NCBI GenBank assembly: GCA_965644315.1
Contig: CBFFRQ010000078.1
Location: 186,001-250,000, forward strand
Direction of reading: 5' to 3'
Length of the DNA stretch: 64,000 bases
From: Caecitellus pseudoparvulus
Lineage: Eukaryota > Protista > Bigyra: Bicosoecida
Positions 31,391-43,200 of this stretch are shown in pieces (within the stretch, counting starts at the first letter, position 1; every line of letters starts with the position of its first letter). The notes under the pieces were generated by a model. It saw nothing but the letters and a program-made list of their open reading frames with translations, was not told the origin of the DNA and made no database searches. The translations under genes and the position numbers were made by a program.

Positions 31391-33349
31391 ATGGCCGCTC
31401 AGAAGCGCCTGCTGTACATGGCCACGGTGTGGCCCGAGGCCTCCAGCTCGGCAGCAGGCGTGCGATCCATGGGCATGCTGGAGAGCCTGCTGCAACAGGG
31501 ATGGCAAGTCACCGTCTCTTCCGCCTGCAAGCCCAACGCCTTCATGCAGCAGCTGCAGGTGAGGCGCCCCAGCAGAGCACCGCACAGCCACACCAGGGCA
31601 CTCCCATGCACCTGTTCGTACAGATTGCAACTGGCATTCACGCCGTGCACACGCCGCTGAACGACAGCTGCGCCGCAGAGGCGCTGCTTTCCGGACAGCT
31701 GTCAGCAGAGGCTGGTGTGGCGGGGGAAGAGGCTGGCCCGCCGGACGTCGTGCTGTTCGACCGCTTCTACGAAGAGGAGCGCTTCGGGCACTTCGTGCAG
31801 CAGCACGTGCCACAAGCAGCCACCATTCTGGACACCCAGGACTTGCACAGCGTGCGCCTGAGCCGCCAAGCCTATGTGGAGAGCTGCCACCCGTGGCAAG
31901 CCAGCATCGAGCAGGCGGTGGCGGCCGTGCCAGCCCTGGACGACGCCACCTTCTGCCGGGAGATGGCTGCCATGAACCGGTGTGACATGACGCTGTGAGT
32001 GTTGCTGGCTGCGGGGCGTGCCTGCTGCCAATGAGGATTACATTTCCTTGACGGTCCCTGGCCAAGCCAGGGGCCACGCTGATGAGTGGGCTGTGCTTAA
32101 CCACACAGACCACACTTATGTGAACCACCTGAGGCAGGATTGCCTGGGGATGCCTCCGCAGCGCTGCGCTGCCTGCGCCGATTCACCCACCCCTCCTCCA
32201 CCCCACCACAGGGTGTGCTCGGACTGGGAGAAGCACTTCCTCACTGACGTGGTGGGCATGCCCCGCCACAAGGTGGCCCTCGCCTCCTTCTACTACGCCA
32301 ACATGGAGCAGGAGCACGCGGCGGTGCCCGACGCCGCAGCCTTCGCCGCTCGCCACGGCTTCGTGTTCATCGGGAACTACCAGCACCCCCCCAACGCCGA
32401 CGCGGCGCAGTGGCTGGCTCGCCTGTGGCCCTCCCTGCGTGCTCGGCTCCCTGACGCAACCCTGAACCTGTACGGCGCCAAGCCCGGTGCAGTGGAGCGG
32501 GACCTGCACAACCCCTCCAAGGGCGTTTTCATGCACGGCCATGTGGCGGACATCGGTGACCCACTGCGCAGCCACCGCGTAATGCTGGCGCCGCTGCGCT
32601 TCGGTGCTGGCGTCAAGGGCAAGGTCCTGGACGCCTGGGCCCACGGCCTGCCCGTCGTCACCACCTCCATCGGCGCGGAGGGCATCCTGCCCCTGGACAT
32701 GCTGCACCCGCCTGCCGCCACACTCAGCGACAGTGACTCGGAGGAGGACACTCCCGGGCGGCAGCCGGTGCAGGCGGGGGACGCGGTGCTGGACACGCCC
32801 CTGTTCCAGGGCCTCGCCGGACAAGAGGAGGAGACCCACACCACTGCTGCGCTGGCGTCTGACGACGAGTACGCAGCGGTGCGTGGCGTGCCGCGGCCGT
32901 ACCCCTCTGGCCTGCGCACTGTGTCGGCGGCGGGGTGGCGGGTGGGGGCGCCCCTGTCCACCCCCGGCCTCTCTGGGCTGCTCGCATCGGCCATGGGCTC
33001 CAGCAGTGCTGTGGAGGAGGCCAAGGAGCCCCCTGCGCACCTGGACATGTTCGAGCGGGCGCTGCTGTGTGAGGATGACAGTGCAGTGGTGGAAGCGGCT
33101 GTGGCCATGTACAGCGACGCGGAGGTGTGGGCCAACGCCGCGGCACAAGGCGCCGCCTGCCTGCACGGGCGCTTTGCCCAGTCAGCGAATGGGCCTGCCT
33201 TTGGCTCCGTCGTGGCCGGGCTGCTGGCGTCCCTGCCCCGCCGCCGAGCGGGGGACTTGGCACGCTCCTTGGCGTGGCATTCCCAAGCCTCCTACACTCG
33301 CTACTTCAGTCGATACCTCGAGGCAAAAGCCAAAAACGAAGGTCGATAG
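31391..33349 (+). CDS. GT-B fold glycosyltransferase (family 4-like)
   Basis: Introns 31559-31623 and 31995-32211. Motifs VWPEASSSAAG, FDRF..EERFG, LDTQDLH, FIGNYQHPPNADA and APLRFGAGVKGK..AWAHGLPVVTTSIGAEG. Confidence 0.85.
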
Positions 33350-33450
33350 CTGTGGTTTTCATCTTTTAATGCATTCCTGTGCTGTGTAGAGGTGCTCACG
33401 GCGCTGGGCGGCAGCAGCTTGGGTGGGCGTTTCAGGCGCGTAACGCCAAC

Positions 33451-35695
33451 ATGGCGGGCGCTCCCGCTCCAGTGCTCTCGGCAGATCCTCGGCCCCCCAC
33501 CTCCGACCTCCATGCCTTTGTCTGTGTCATTGAAGGCATTGTGGAGTTCTTGAGACACAGCTGCGTCGCACTGGACGCAGAGGCCTTGTCCGAGGTGAGC
33601 TGGCCCACGCAGCGCCTGCACCTCCTCTCCTCTCACTCGCTCCGGCACACCTACACGCCCTGTGCCCCCCCCCGCGCAGGTATCCCTCCGAGCAGGTGTG
33701 CAGTCCCGACAAAGTGGCATGTCCCACACAGCCGCCGGCTTCGCTGGTGTCCTGAAGCGCGTGCCGCGGTACCACGCCTTGCTGAAGCTTTCGGCTGACG
33801 CGGCGGTGAAGGGCTCCTCCAAACGCACTGACGGCTGCACGACCCTGGCGTCGCTGTTTGCAAAGGAACTGCACTACACCAGCACGTACCACCAGGGGCA
33901 CTTCCGTGCCGCTGTGCTCACGGGGCCGCCCGTGTGGCACCATTGCCACACGTCAGCCACCGCCCCTGTCGCATTGGTGCTCTTTCCCCCCGACCACGCC
34001 GACACAGGGACGACACATGTGTACCTCCCCACTGGCCTTGGCGCGCCAGCATCATGCGCAGTGCCACAGGCCCCCACCACGTCTGCCTGGGCGACCTGCG
34101 CTGGTCTGCGTGCCACACAGCAGGTGCTGCGAGGAGCGCTCTGTGCCGCGGCACAGGCACGCCCAGCAGGCGGCGATGGGCCAGGAGCTGCCTTGGCGAC
34201 TCTGGACGGTGCAGGTGGAGATGCAGCGTTGGTACAGGCCTCTGCCTTCTCCGTGTGCATCCTTCGGCGGCGCAAGGGCAAGAGCGGCGGGGGCACCGTG
34301 GCCTCCTCCGCCAGCGCGCTCAGCGCCGCGCCGTCGCTGCTGGGACCGCCTGCGCCGCCCCAGGCGCCCATTGGCCCTGTGCAGCCGCCATGGGAACCAG
34401 CTGTGTCGCCCAGGCCGGAGCAGGTCAGTGCTGAGGCCGGCAGTGGGGTGCAGGCTTCCCCGCCCCGGCCCCTCACGGAGCCCCCCCCCGCTGCCACACA
34501 GTCCGACAGCCCAGTGCAGGCGCAGCCTCGACGAGTGCGGGTGCGGCGTGGAGGGGCGCGCGAGGGGGCCCGTGCCGAAGGGCCACGAGGCACCGCCCCT
34601 GCCGGCGAATTCCACCTGGGAGACACGGTGGCCTTCGACCCCGACGCGATTCCCTGGGCGACCGAGGCGCAGGGTGAGGCAGACATGCCCTCCCCAGTGC
34701 GAGGGGCGGTGCAAGCGGCGACTGCCGCGGCCAACCTCGTGGGCACCCTGCAGTTGGCAGGGGGGGGAGGTGTGTCCCCCCCCAGCATCCCCACCTCGCC
34801 GCCTCCCCCCGAGCACGAGACGCTGGCCCAGGCTCTGGCACGGCGCCGAGCTGCCAGGCGACGTAGTGGGGGGGGGGGTGGGCCCACACCTGGGGCCCCC
34901 TCGCCGTGGTCCCGGGCAGAGGCCACTGGGGAGCTATTGCCAGGCACGCCACAGGCAGAGACACTGGAGGAGCCTGACGCGGGGCGGGGCAGTGGACACC
35001 GCGTGCAGTTCAACCCACCCGAGTCCCCGCCACAGACAGAGCTGGAGCACCGCAAGCTGCGCACGTACGAGAGCCTGCGGCGGCGCAAGGAGGCAGAGGC
35101 AGCAGCACGCAAGGAAGCCTGGGCGGCAGCCAGGGCAGGTGAGGACTTGGACCTAGACGGGGGCCGGGGGGGTGGCAGCGCGCCGGTGGCGTGGTCTGTC
35201 TCGGCCCCTGACCCGCAGACGGCGCAGGCACGCGACGCCGCCAGCCCGCCGCCTGACACGACGGCAGGGGGCAGTGTGAAGGCGCGAGGGCGCGCCGGGG
35301 CCAGCAACGCCGCTCGGGTGCGCAATGCGCTCAAGGCCGTGTGTCTCGCCGGCGTGCACAAGCAGCCAGCCCTGCTGGACGCACTGGCTGCCATGCAGTC
35401 CGTGGAGCGGGGCCCGGAGGGGCGCAACTTCAACTTCGTCGTGTTGTTCCGGTCCCCCTCCAGCCGGCTGTACAAGGGCCTCTTCGCGTACGACTTGAGC
35501 CGGGACGAGCTGGTGAAGGTGCACGGGGGGGGGCCAAAGCGCTTGGGCCCGGGGGCAGGCCGCGACGCGCGCATGCGGGGCACGTTCAAGTACAGCACGG
35601 GGCGGCGGGAGTTCGAGGAGCTGCCCACGAACAATCTCAGCGTCATGACTGATGGCATCGCCCTGGCCCTGGCCAGCGCCACCAAGCAAGGCTAA
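33451..35695 (+). CDS. CKK-domain protein (CAMSAP/Patronin-type microtubule-binding C-terminus)
   Basis: ATG 33451; intron 33595-33679. C-terminal SNAARVRNALKAVCLAG...NFVVLFR...YKGLFAY...GPK...FKYSTGRREFEELPT...DGIAL matches the CKK pattern. Confidence 0.8.
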
Positions 35696-35820
35696 GGGGA
35701 GGGCGCGTGCAATGCAAGTGTTGGAAGCGCTCAGTGCATTGGGAGTTGCCCTGCCGCTTCCCCATCCGCCTCCGACATCAACAGCATCCTCCATGAACAC
35801 CTGTGCAAGCTACCACACGC

Positions 35821-36607
35821 TTACTTCTTGGCGCGGGCCTTGGCCTCGGCGATGGCGGCCTTGGAGCCCTTGCCACCCTTGCGGAAGACGCGGGGGCCGG
35901 ACTTGACCTTCTTGGCCACCTCGGAGGCAGACATGCCGACGTAGGAGCGAGCGGCCTTCTTTGTGCGGCGAGAGCGCTTCTTGCTGGAAGTCGCGCTGGA
36001 GCCCTTCTTGTTCAGGCGGCGCCAGGCGAAGGTCCAGTGCAGCTTGGCGGCCTTCTTGCGCAGGTCGTACATGGCCTTGGCCTTGGAGGTGGAGAAGATC
36101 ACCAGCTGGCCATCACGGCGGGCCAGGCGGATGCCGTGGCCGGGGTAGATGCGCTGCTCCGTGAAGGAGCACACGTCTGTCTTGATCACCCTGTGAGCGG
36201 GGGAGGGCGGTCGGGTGTGGGGAGCTCTGCACCAGCGGCACTGTTGCGGGCTGCCGCTGCCCAGGCGCCACTCGCGGATGCCAAGACAAGCTGCACAACA
36301 ACACATGAGCAAGGACACCCTTCCCCCTGGCAGCATGGCTGGTGCAACTGCTGCACAGCCCGCAGGGGGGCTGGAAAGGACTGATCTGGAGGGCGCTCCC
36401 AAATTCCGCACCACCCCCGGCACCAAACCCCTGCCAACCCCTGGCTGCGACTCGTCCCAGCCAGGGGGCACCACGCAGCTCGACATCGACAACAGGCCAG
36501 AACAGCCTGACGATTCACACGGAGCTACACCGCCAGCACCGTGTGCAGCCGAGCTGCGCCCAAACGATCCCATCCAACATCAAAAGCCTGGCACACCGCA
36601 CTTACAT
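35821..36607 (-). CDS. RPL24: 60S ribosomal protein eL24
   Basis: [21 protein letters not shown]...[19 protein letters not shown]. The start codon is split AT|G by intron 36191-36605 (donor GTAAGT, acceptor CACAG). Confidence 0.92.
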
Positions 36608-37028
36608 TGTGACGAGAGACGGGAACCTGACACCTCAACAAAGGCTGCGAGCACAGTGGTGCTTCGTCAGCTTCTCAAACAGATGGATACAGGGCGGGAA
36701 AGTATGCTGCGGGGGCGAAAAGAGCCGCCGCAGCTGGCTTGGCACTCGATGATCAAGTGCGCGAATGATGCAATGATACGTTTTTCGCTCCCCCTTCCTG
36801 CTGCATGCGCCCCCCACCCCTTCAACAACAGCCCAGCAACATCCGGGTTCTACCAAACACTAAATTCACACAGCACCCGCAGTGCATGCGCAAGCAACCC
36901 TCGCTGCGTCCCTTCACCACCTTCCAGTGCCTTTGCAGGCTGGCGTGGTGCGGAAATTGGTTCCTGCCCACTGAACACAGGGAGACAGCCGCGTACGCTC
37001 AGCAGCAGGCGCACCGGAAGCAGATACG
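36608..37028. promoter_or_regulatory. Putative bidirectional promoter between RPL24 and RLP24
   Basis: 421 bp between divergent start codons; relatively A/C-rich. The function is inferred from gene geometry. Confidence 0.5.
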
Positions 37029-37696
37029 ATGAGGATCGAAAAGTGTTTCTTCTGCTCATCTCCGTGCTACCCTGGGCATGGCGTGCGCTTTGTGCGCAAC
37101 GACGCAAAGGTGAGCCGGCCACTGGCACAGAGCGAGAGGATGTGTCTGGTGTTGGTCTGCGTCGAAACGCAGCCTGGCCCGCCCCTGAGCACTCCCCCCT
37201 GCGCTCCCGTACGCAGACCTTCCGGTTTTGCCGGGCAAAGTGCCACAAGGCCTTTTTGAAGAAGCGCAACCCCCGCAAGGTCAAGTGGACGAAGGCGTTC
37301 CGCAAGACTGCCGGGAAGGAAATGGCGGTGGACTCCACCTTCGAGTTCGAGAAGCGCCGCAACAAGCCCGTGCGGTACGACAGGAACTTGGTGGCCACCA
37401 CCCTGCGCGTCATGAAGCGCGTGGAGGACATCAAGACCACCCGAGCAGCCCGCTTCCATGAGCGGCGCATGGAAGCTGCCCGCGCCCTGCGGCAGAAACA
37501 GGATGTCTCCGAGCTGCGCAAGGGCGAGAGGCTCCTGGCGCCGGCTGAGAAGCAGCTCGTGGAGGCTGCAGTGGAGGCGCGGGTGCGGGAGGGTGCCAAG
37601 GCACGCCTGGCTGAAGGCACAGCGGCCGCCGCAGCGGCAGCGCCCTCAGCTGGCATGGGGCTGGACGAGGACAGTGAGGGGGACATCGCCTTGTGA
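37029..37696 (+). CDS. RLP24: Ribosome biogenesis protein RLP24 (RSL24D1)
   Basis: [27 protein letters not shown], intron 37110-37216, then [49 protein letters not shown]. Confidence 0.93.
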
Positions 37697-37783
37697 GCGC
37701 GGATAGCTCGAGGCACGGGATGACACTGCATTTCGAGGGGGGCGGGCGGCCAGAGAGGCTCCCGTTGGCCAGGGTGTGACGCG

Positions 37784-38737
37784 TCACTGCCCGCTGCCGC
37801 CCAGCTGCGACGACTGCAGCCTGGCCGTGAGGGTGTGGATGCGGTTATCTTTCAGTCGCAGCAGCTGCTCCAGCTTGGCCACTTTCAGCTCCAGGAACTG
37901 TTTGAGGGGGGGGGGGGGGTGCTGGTCACCTTGCACGCACACGCAGCTGGCCCCGCAGTGCAATGCACCGCTCGCGCACACTCACCTCGATGGTCTCGCT
38001 GAGCTCTTGGATGCTGGCGTCCTTGTCTGCGACGGCTGAGGCCAGGTTGGCCTGCTGGGAAGCTGCGAGGGCGGCGGAGGCTTGCCCGCTGGCGCCGAAT
38101 CCCGCCGCCCCGTCGATGTGCAGGGCGCCCTGGGAGCCAGCAGAATAGGGTGCGATGCTGCCACCCGTGCTGCTGCCAGCTGTGCTGCGGCCGCCCATGT
38201 CTGACTCGCCTGCTGCCGCTGACAGACTCTTCTTGGCCTTGCGCTGGCGGTACTGCGCCATCTTGCTCTGCAGGCGCATGAGCAGCATTTCCACGACACC
38301 GGGGACGCAGTTCACAGTGTCCTCCATCTCCTCCTTGCTGATGCTGAACTTGAGGCGCTTGAGCACCTTGGCTGCGGCGGGGCAGGCAGCGTGGCGGGTG
38401 AAGCCACACAGGGCACGCGTGCCGGCGGTGAGCTGCGCACCATTGAGGGTGGACCAGTTGTACAGCTTCTGCCGGATGCTACTGGCGCTGGAGTAGTTGT
38501 GCAACTCCACCATGCGAGGGAAGTAGTGGTTGATCACCTCCGCAAACAACACTGCGCAGCACGGGGGGCTCGTTGGCGTGGTTGCTGGGACACCGGCGGC
38601 GGGCTCCCTCATCACCCCGCACCTCCATCTGAAAAGTCACGCGTGATGTTGCGCTTGGGGCGGGAGAGGGGGATCTGGTCCACCCATGTGTAGATTTTCT
38701 GCAGGGACTCGTCGTCCAGGGGGCCACTGCCTGCCAT
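37784..38737 (-). CDS. SPEF1: Sperm flagellar protein 1 / CLAMP (CH_2 domain + coiled coil)
   Basis: Introns 38552-38622, 38372-38440 and 37898-37985. IYTWVDQIPLSRPKRNITRDFSDGVLFAEVINHYFP..VELHNY...KLYNWSTLN and LKVAKLEQLLRLKD. Confidence 0.9.
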
Positions 38738-38988
38738 GATCGGGGCACCCTTCGAGGCCTGTTGCAGCTGCGGAAGTTGCCTGACGCGACACTGCCAGCG
38801 ACACGCAGACACGTCACGTGACAGTGGAGGTGAGTGCAATGCAATTCCCCTGCACTTGCAATCTTCTGTTAGTCCATTTCCATCGCCTGTAAATTGTGCA
38901 CCCCCTCTCCCAGTGCTCTCCCAGACTGCGCGCGCCTGGCGCTGGCCGTCGCCTCAACTTCCGCAGCCGTGCTCAGCTAGATAGCAGC

Positions 38989-40237
38989 ATGTTGGCAGCT
39001 TCCTCTTCCCGTGCGTGCAGTGAGAGGTGGCCTCACATACTGTGTATTTCGTTCTCGCACACTCACTGCGCGCTCTCCTGCAGGTGGCGCTGGCCGAGCC
39101 CTGCGCACACAACGCCTGGGGAGCGCCTGGCGTAGTGCCAGCAGTGTTGGCCTGGCCGATGCACGCCCTGGACAGCCCTTCTGGCCACCCCAGGAGCTCC
39201 CCAAAGCAGTGGGTTTCCTCGGCTTGGGAAAGATGGGCTCTGGCATGGTGGCAAACCTGCGCCAGGCAGGCGTGCAGGTGCACGTGTTTGACGTCAGCGC
39301 GGCAGCCGCTGCCGCCGCTGCAGGGGACGGCGTCACGGCCCACGGCAGCCCCCTGGACGTGGTGGCTGCGACAGGAGAGGTGGACCAAGCCACCACGCCC
39401 CTCATCTCCATGCTGCCCAATGACACCGCTGTGCGCAGTGTGTTCATGGAGGGCGCTACGCCCCTGCCTGCTGCCGCCAGCACTGCCCTCAGCGCCTCCC
39501 AGGCCGGCCCCCTCCTGCACATCTCCTGCAGCACCATCTCTCCAGCGCTGTCAGGGGAGCTGCAGGCAGCCCACGCCGCCGTTGGCCAGGCCTACATCGG
39601 CGCACCGGTGTTCGCACGCCCCGACGGCATCGCACGCAAGGAGGCCTCCTTCGTGCTGGGGGGGGACCCCGACGCCGCCCAGGCGGCGGGGTCCATCCTG
39701 GCCACCAGCACGCCCGCCGCAACGGGGGACACATCCCTGCCCTCCTCCGGCCTGTACTACTTTGGAGCCAGCCCAGGCGCAGGCAACGTCGTGAAGTTGT
39801 GCGGGAACTTCCTCATCGCCAGCACCATCGAGGGGCTGGCGGAGGCTGCTGCACTGGCGGAGAACTCGGGCGTGGACCGGGAGGGCGTCATCAACATGCT
39901 CACCAGCACCATCTTCGACTGCCTCATCTACAAGGGGTACGGCCAGCGCGTGGGGCAGCGCGACCACAAGCCCGGCGGCTTCGCCCTGGACCTGGGCAAG
40001 AAGGACGTCTCCCTCGTCCTCTCCGCAGCCGATGCGGTGGCCACGCCCATGCCGCTGGCGTCCCTGCTGCGGGACAGATTCGTCTCGGCGCAGGCGGCCG
40101 GGTGGGGCGACTTCGACTGGTCTGGCATCGGCTTGAAGGTGTCGGCCGACGCAGGGGTGGACGTGTCAGACCACGTGGCGCGTGTGCAGCAAGAAATCGC
40201 CGCTGCCGCCTGCACAGGGACAGAGGGCACAAAGTAA
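38989..40237 (+). CDS. NAD(P)-dependent beta-hydroxyacid dehydrogenase (HIBADH/6PGD-related family), probably mitochondrial
   Basis: ATG 38989; intron 39011-39083. VGFLGLGKMG Rossmann motif, STISP, APVF, catalytic VKLCGNF and GFALDLGKKD. Confidence 0.87.
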
Positions 40238-40262
40238 GCCACGCATACGCCGTGCAATGCAT

Positions 40263-43200
40263 TCAATTCTCCTTGTCGGCACGGGAGTCACCGCCAGCCG
40301 CGCGGCGCGTGCCGCCCAGCCGGCTCTTCAAACTGGCCATGCGGGATCGGAGGGAAGCAGTGCGAGCCGAGCTGTCTGCCACTGACCCTGGGTTCCCCAG
40401 CACCGCGTCAGCAGTTGGCACACTGGAGGCAGTGCGGGGAATGCCCGTGGCGCCTGCAGCGAGGGACAGGGGAGACACGCCCACCTTGGCTGGGGATGTG
40501 CCTTGGTGTGGCGGCGTGCGGGGCGCTGCAGCAGCTGCCGCATCACTGGCCTCCGCTGCTGAGGCGTCTGCAGGTCGGGTGGGAGTGGGGGGGGACGCAG
40601 CCGGCGCGCACCCCTGCCCTGTGGCGCCGTTGTCGCCCTTGGCCGGGGACACCTGTACCGTGACTGTCTGCGGCTCCCCTGCAACACCCTCACTGCCACC
40701 GCCCAGCCGCGCTGCCAGGCGAGCATAGGCGTCAGAGTACGTGGTGTCCAAGGCGTCCCCTTCGTGTGCAATGCGCCCGCCCCCGCTGCTGGAGCCGCCC
40801 GCCACAGGGGCCCTCGAACGGTACACCATGCGCTTGGCTTTGAGGATTTGCTCCTTGGCGGGTGTACCTGCCACCTTGGCCGCCACGTTGGCCATGGTGC
40901 TTGCCAGCTCCGGGTACGCCTCCTCCACCGCCAGGATGAGGCGCATGGCACGGCCTTCCTCGCTCTTCGGCAGTCCTGAGCTGAGGGCCATCTGCAGGGC
41001 GCGGGCGTAGCAGGAGATGACGGCATTCAGCACCGTCACGCCGCCCACCTCGTCACTGCCTGTGCCCTTGGCGCTCTTGCCGTGGGTGAGCTTGGACAAG
41101 GTGGAGACGACTTCGGGGGCGCCAGCGCACACGCCGCCGTCCCCCGCGAAGCCCTCCGCTCGGGCAACCTCCGGCGCCAGCTGCTTCACGAACTGCACGA
41201 CATACGTCCAGACAACTGACGTGGGGGGGATGCCGCCCCCTCGCAGGGCGCCCAGCGTGTCGTGCACCCGGTACTGCACGAGGTGCCGCAGCAGCACCAG
41301 CACCGCATACAGGGGCGTCGTGGACCCGGGTGTTTCGGCCAGCGTGCAGCGCTGGGATACCATGAACTCATGGGCAGCAGTGACGAGGGGGGGCACGTTG
41401 AAGCCCTGGTAGGGCCGGCTCGCCCCGGCACGGTCAGCCTTCACCTCGTGGGAGGTGGACCGCCCCAGCAGCTGCGTCATGTTGCGCACGGTGGACTTGG
41501 GCATGCGCGTGCGGCCAGTGTGGGCTGCCGCTGCCTCGGACCGCCCGCCACTGCCTTCCACGGACGCCCGGGACAGCGCCCCCACCAGCGCCAGCATGGT
41601 GGCGTCCTGCGGGGCCCGGAAGGTCATGCGCATGACGACCTTGCTCACTGCAGCGCGGACGGCCTTGGGCAGGGCCACGTCCACACACCGCTGGGTGGTC
41701 TCCATCAGCACGGAGTTCAGGGTGGGCGCGTCCACTGCCCCCGCCAGCGTCGGCACGCTGAACCAAGCGCCCAGCAACTCCACACACGGCACGGCGAAGG
41801 ACATGTCAGGGTGCCCCATGGCACGCCACGTCTCACTGTCGGAGCTGGTGGGGCGAATGCTGCCACCGAACGCGGCGGTTGTCAGCGTCGTCAAGGCCTT
41901 GAGCAGGAGGCGTGCGTTGTCCTTCCATGGCGCCAGGCTGGACGTGTCGCCGCCTGCCGCCACTGCCGCCCCCGACTCCAGACGGGACTGCAGCGCGGCC
42001 ACCGCGCGCAAGCCGGCAGCGTACGCCGGGTGAGACGGCGACACCGTGCCCACGTCCGCTGGCAGTTCGCCTGGGGCGACAGTGGTGTCCACGGCGCTGC
42101 CGCCTCCTCTCCGCGCGGCACGTGCCGTGGACACGGCGTCTGTGAACACGCGCTGGGCAGCGTACAGCTCATGCAGTGCCACCACCATCCAGTCAGGCGT
42201 GCCAGGCGCCACGACGGACCGCACGGCTGCCAAGTCGCCACCTGCACCGTCATCACCCCCAGCCACAGTCATGTCCAGTCGGGTGGCGTCCAGCAGGTTC
42301 AAGGCGCCGTCCTGGGAGGCGCCAGATGCCACAGAGGCGCCCCCCACGGACGGAGCGGGTGACGGCGGCACGGAAGGCTCGTCCAGCACCAGCTGCAGGA
42401 CGGCGCCCCCCATGGATGCCCGCCGCTGGTCGTCTCCAGGGGTGGCTGCCTCCGGCGCAGGGGAGGCCAGGCCTCCGTCCTGACCGGCATGGGGCTTCGC
42501 GTGGGGAGTTGCGAAGGCGCCCTGTGACGGCCCCTGGGGCGCAGGGGAGAAGAAGGGGCCGTGGCTGGGCGACTCCACCCCAGCTGCCACGTGCTTGTGG
42601 ATCTCGTTGCTGGAGATGATGCCAGTCTCGCGCCGCCGGTTGCGGCCTTTGGAGCGAGGCGTCATGACTGCACCCTCGCTGCCACCCACGTGCGCCAAGG
42701 GCACGGCGTCGCCACCGCCTTCCCCCCCTTCTTCATCACTAGTCTCACCCCCTGGCCCGTGCTCGGGGGACAGCGCCGCTTGCAGGCTCTTCGCCAGTCC
42801 TGCTAGCTCGGGGTCCGAGACACTGACGCTGGGCGGCGGCAGACCCGTCCCTGCGCTGCGCTTGCCACCACCCCGCAGGACTGGGCGGGCGCGGTGCCCG
42901 CCAGCCTCCTCTGCCGCAGCCGCCTGACCTGCCTGGGAGCCAGCGCTGGCCAGGCGGGCTGCCCGCTGTGTCAGCATGTCCAGGCCCTTGGCGCCCAGCG
43001 CCTCCTCGCCCCCCGCGAGGCGCAGGGCCTTCTGCATGCCTTCCTCGGCCGACAGGGCGCCCTTGGACGTGTCAGTGTAGTACGCGGCCGCAGCCAGCAG
43101 CAGGCCCAGGGCCGCTTCCCGCACCTCCGCGTCCCGACCGCCCACACCTGCAGCCGCAGCCTTGAACACCTCCCGCCCAGCCAACCTGGACAGGGACGGT

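Noticed and set aside
29815-31998. 727 aa plus-strand ORF
   Set aside because: Chimera of epoxide-hydrolase antisense sequence, intergenic DNA and exon 2 of the glycosyltransferase.
36215-37216. Long N-terminal extension on RLP24 (493 aa ORF)
   Set aside because: The conserved RLP24 N-terminus starts at ATG 37029 in another frame and is joined by an intron; the upstream open frame is fortuitous.
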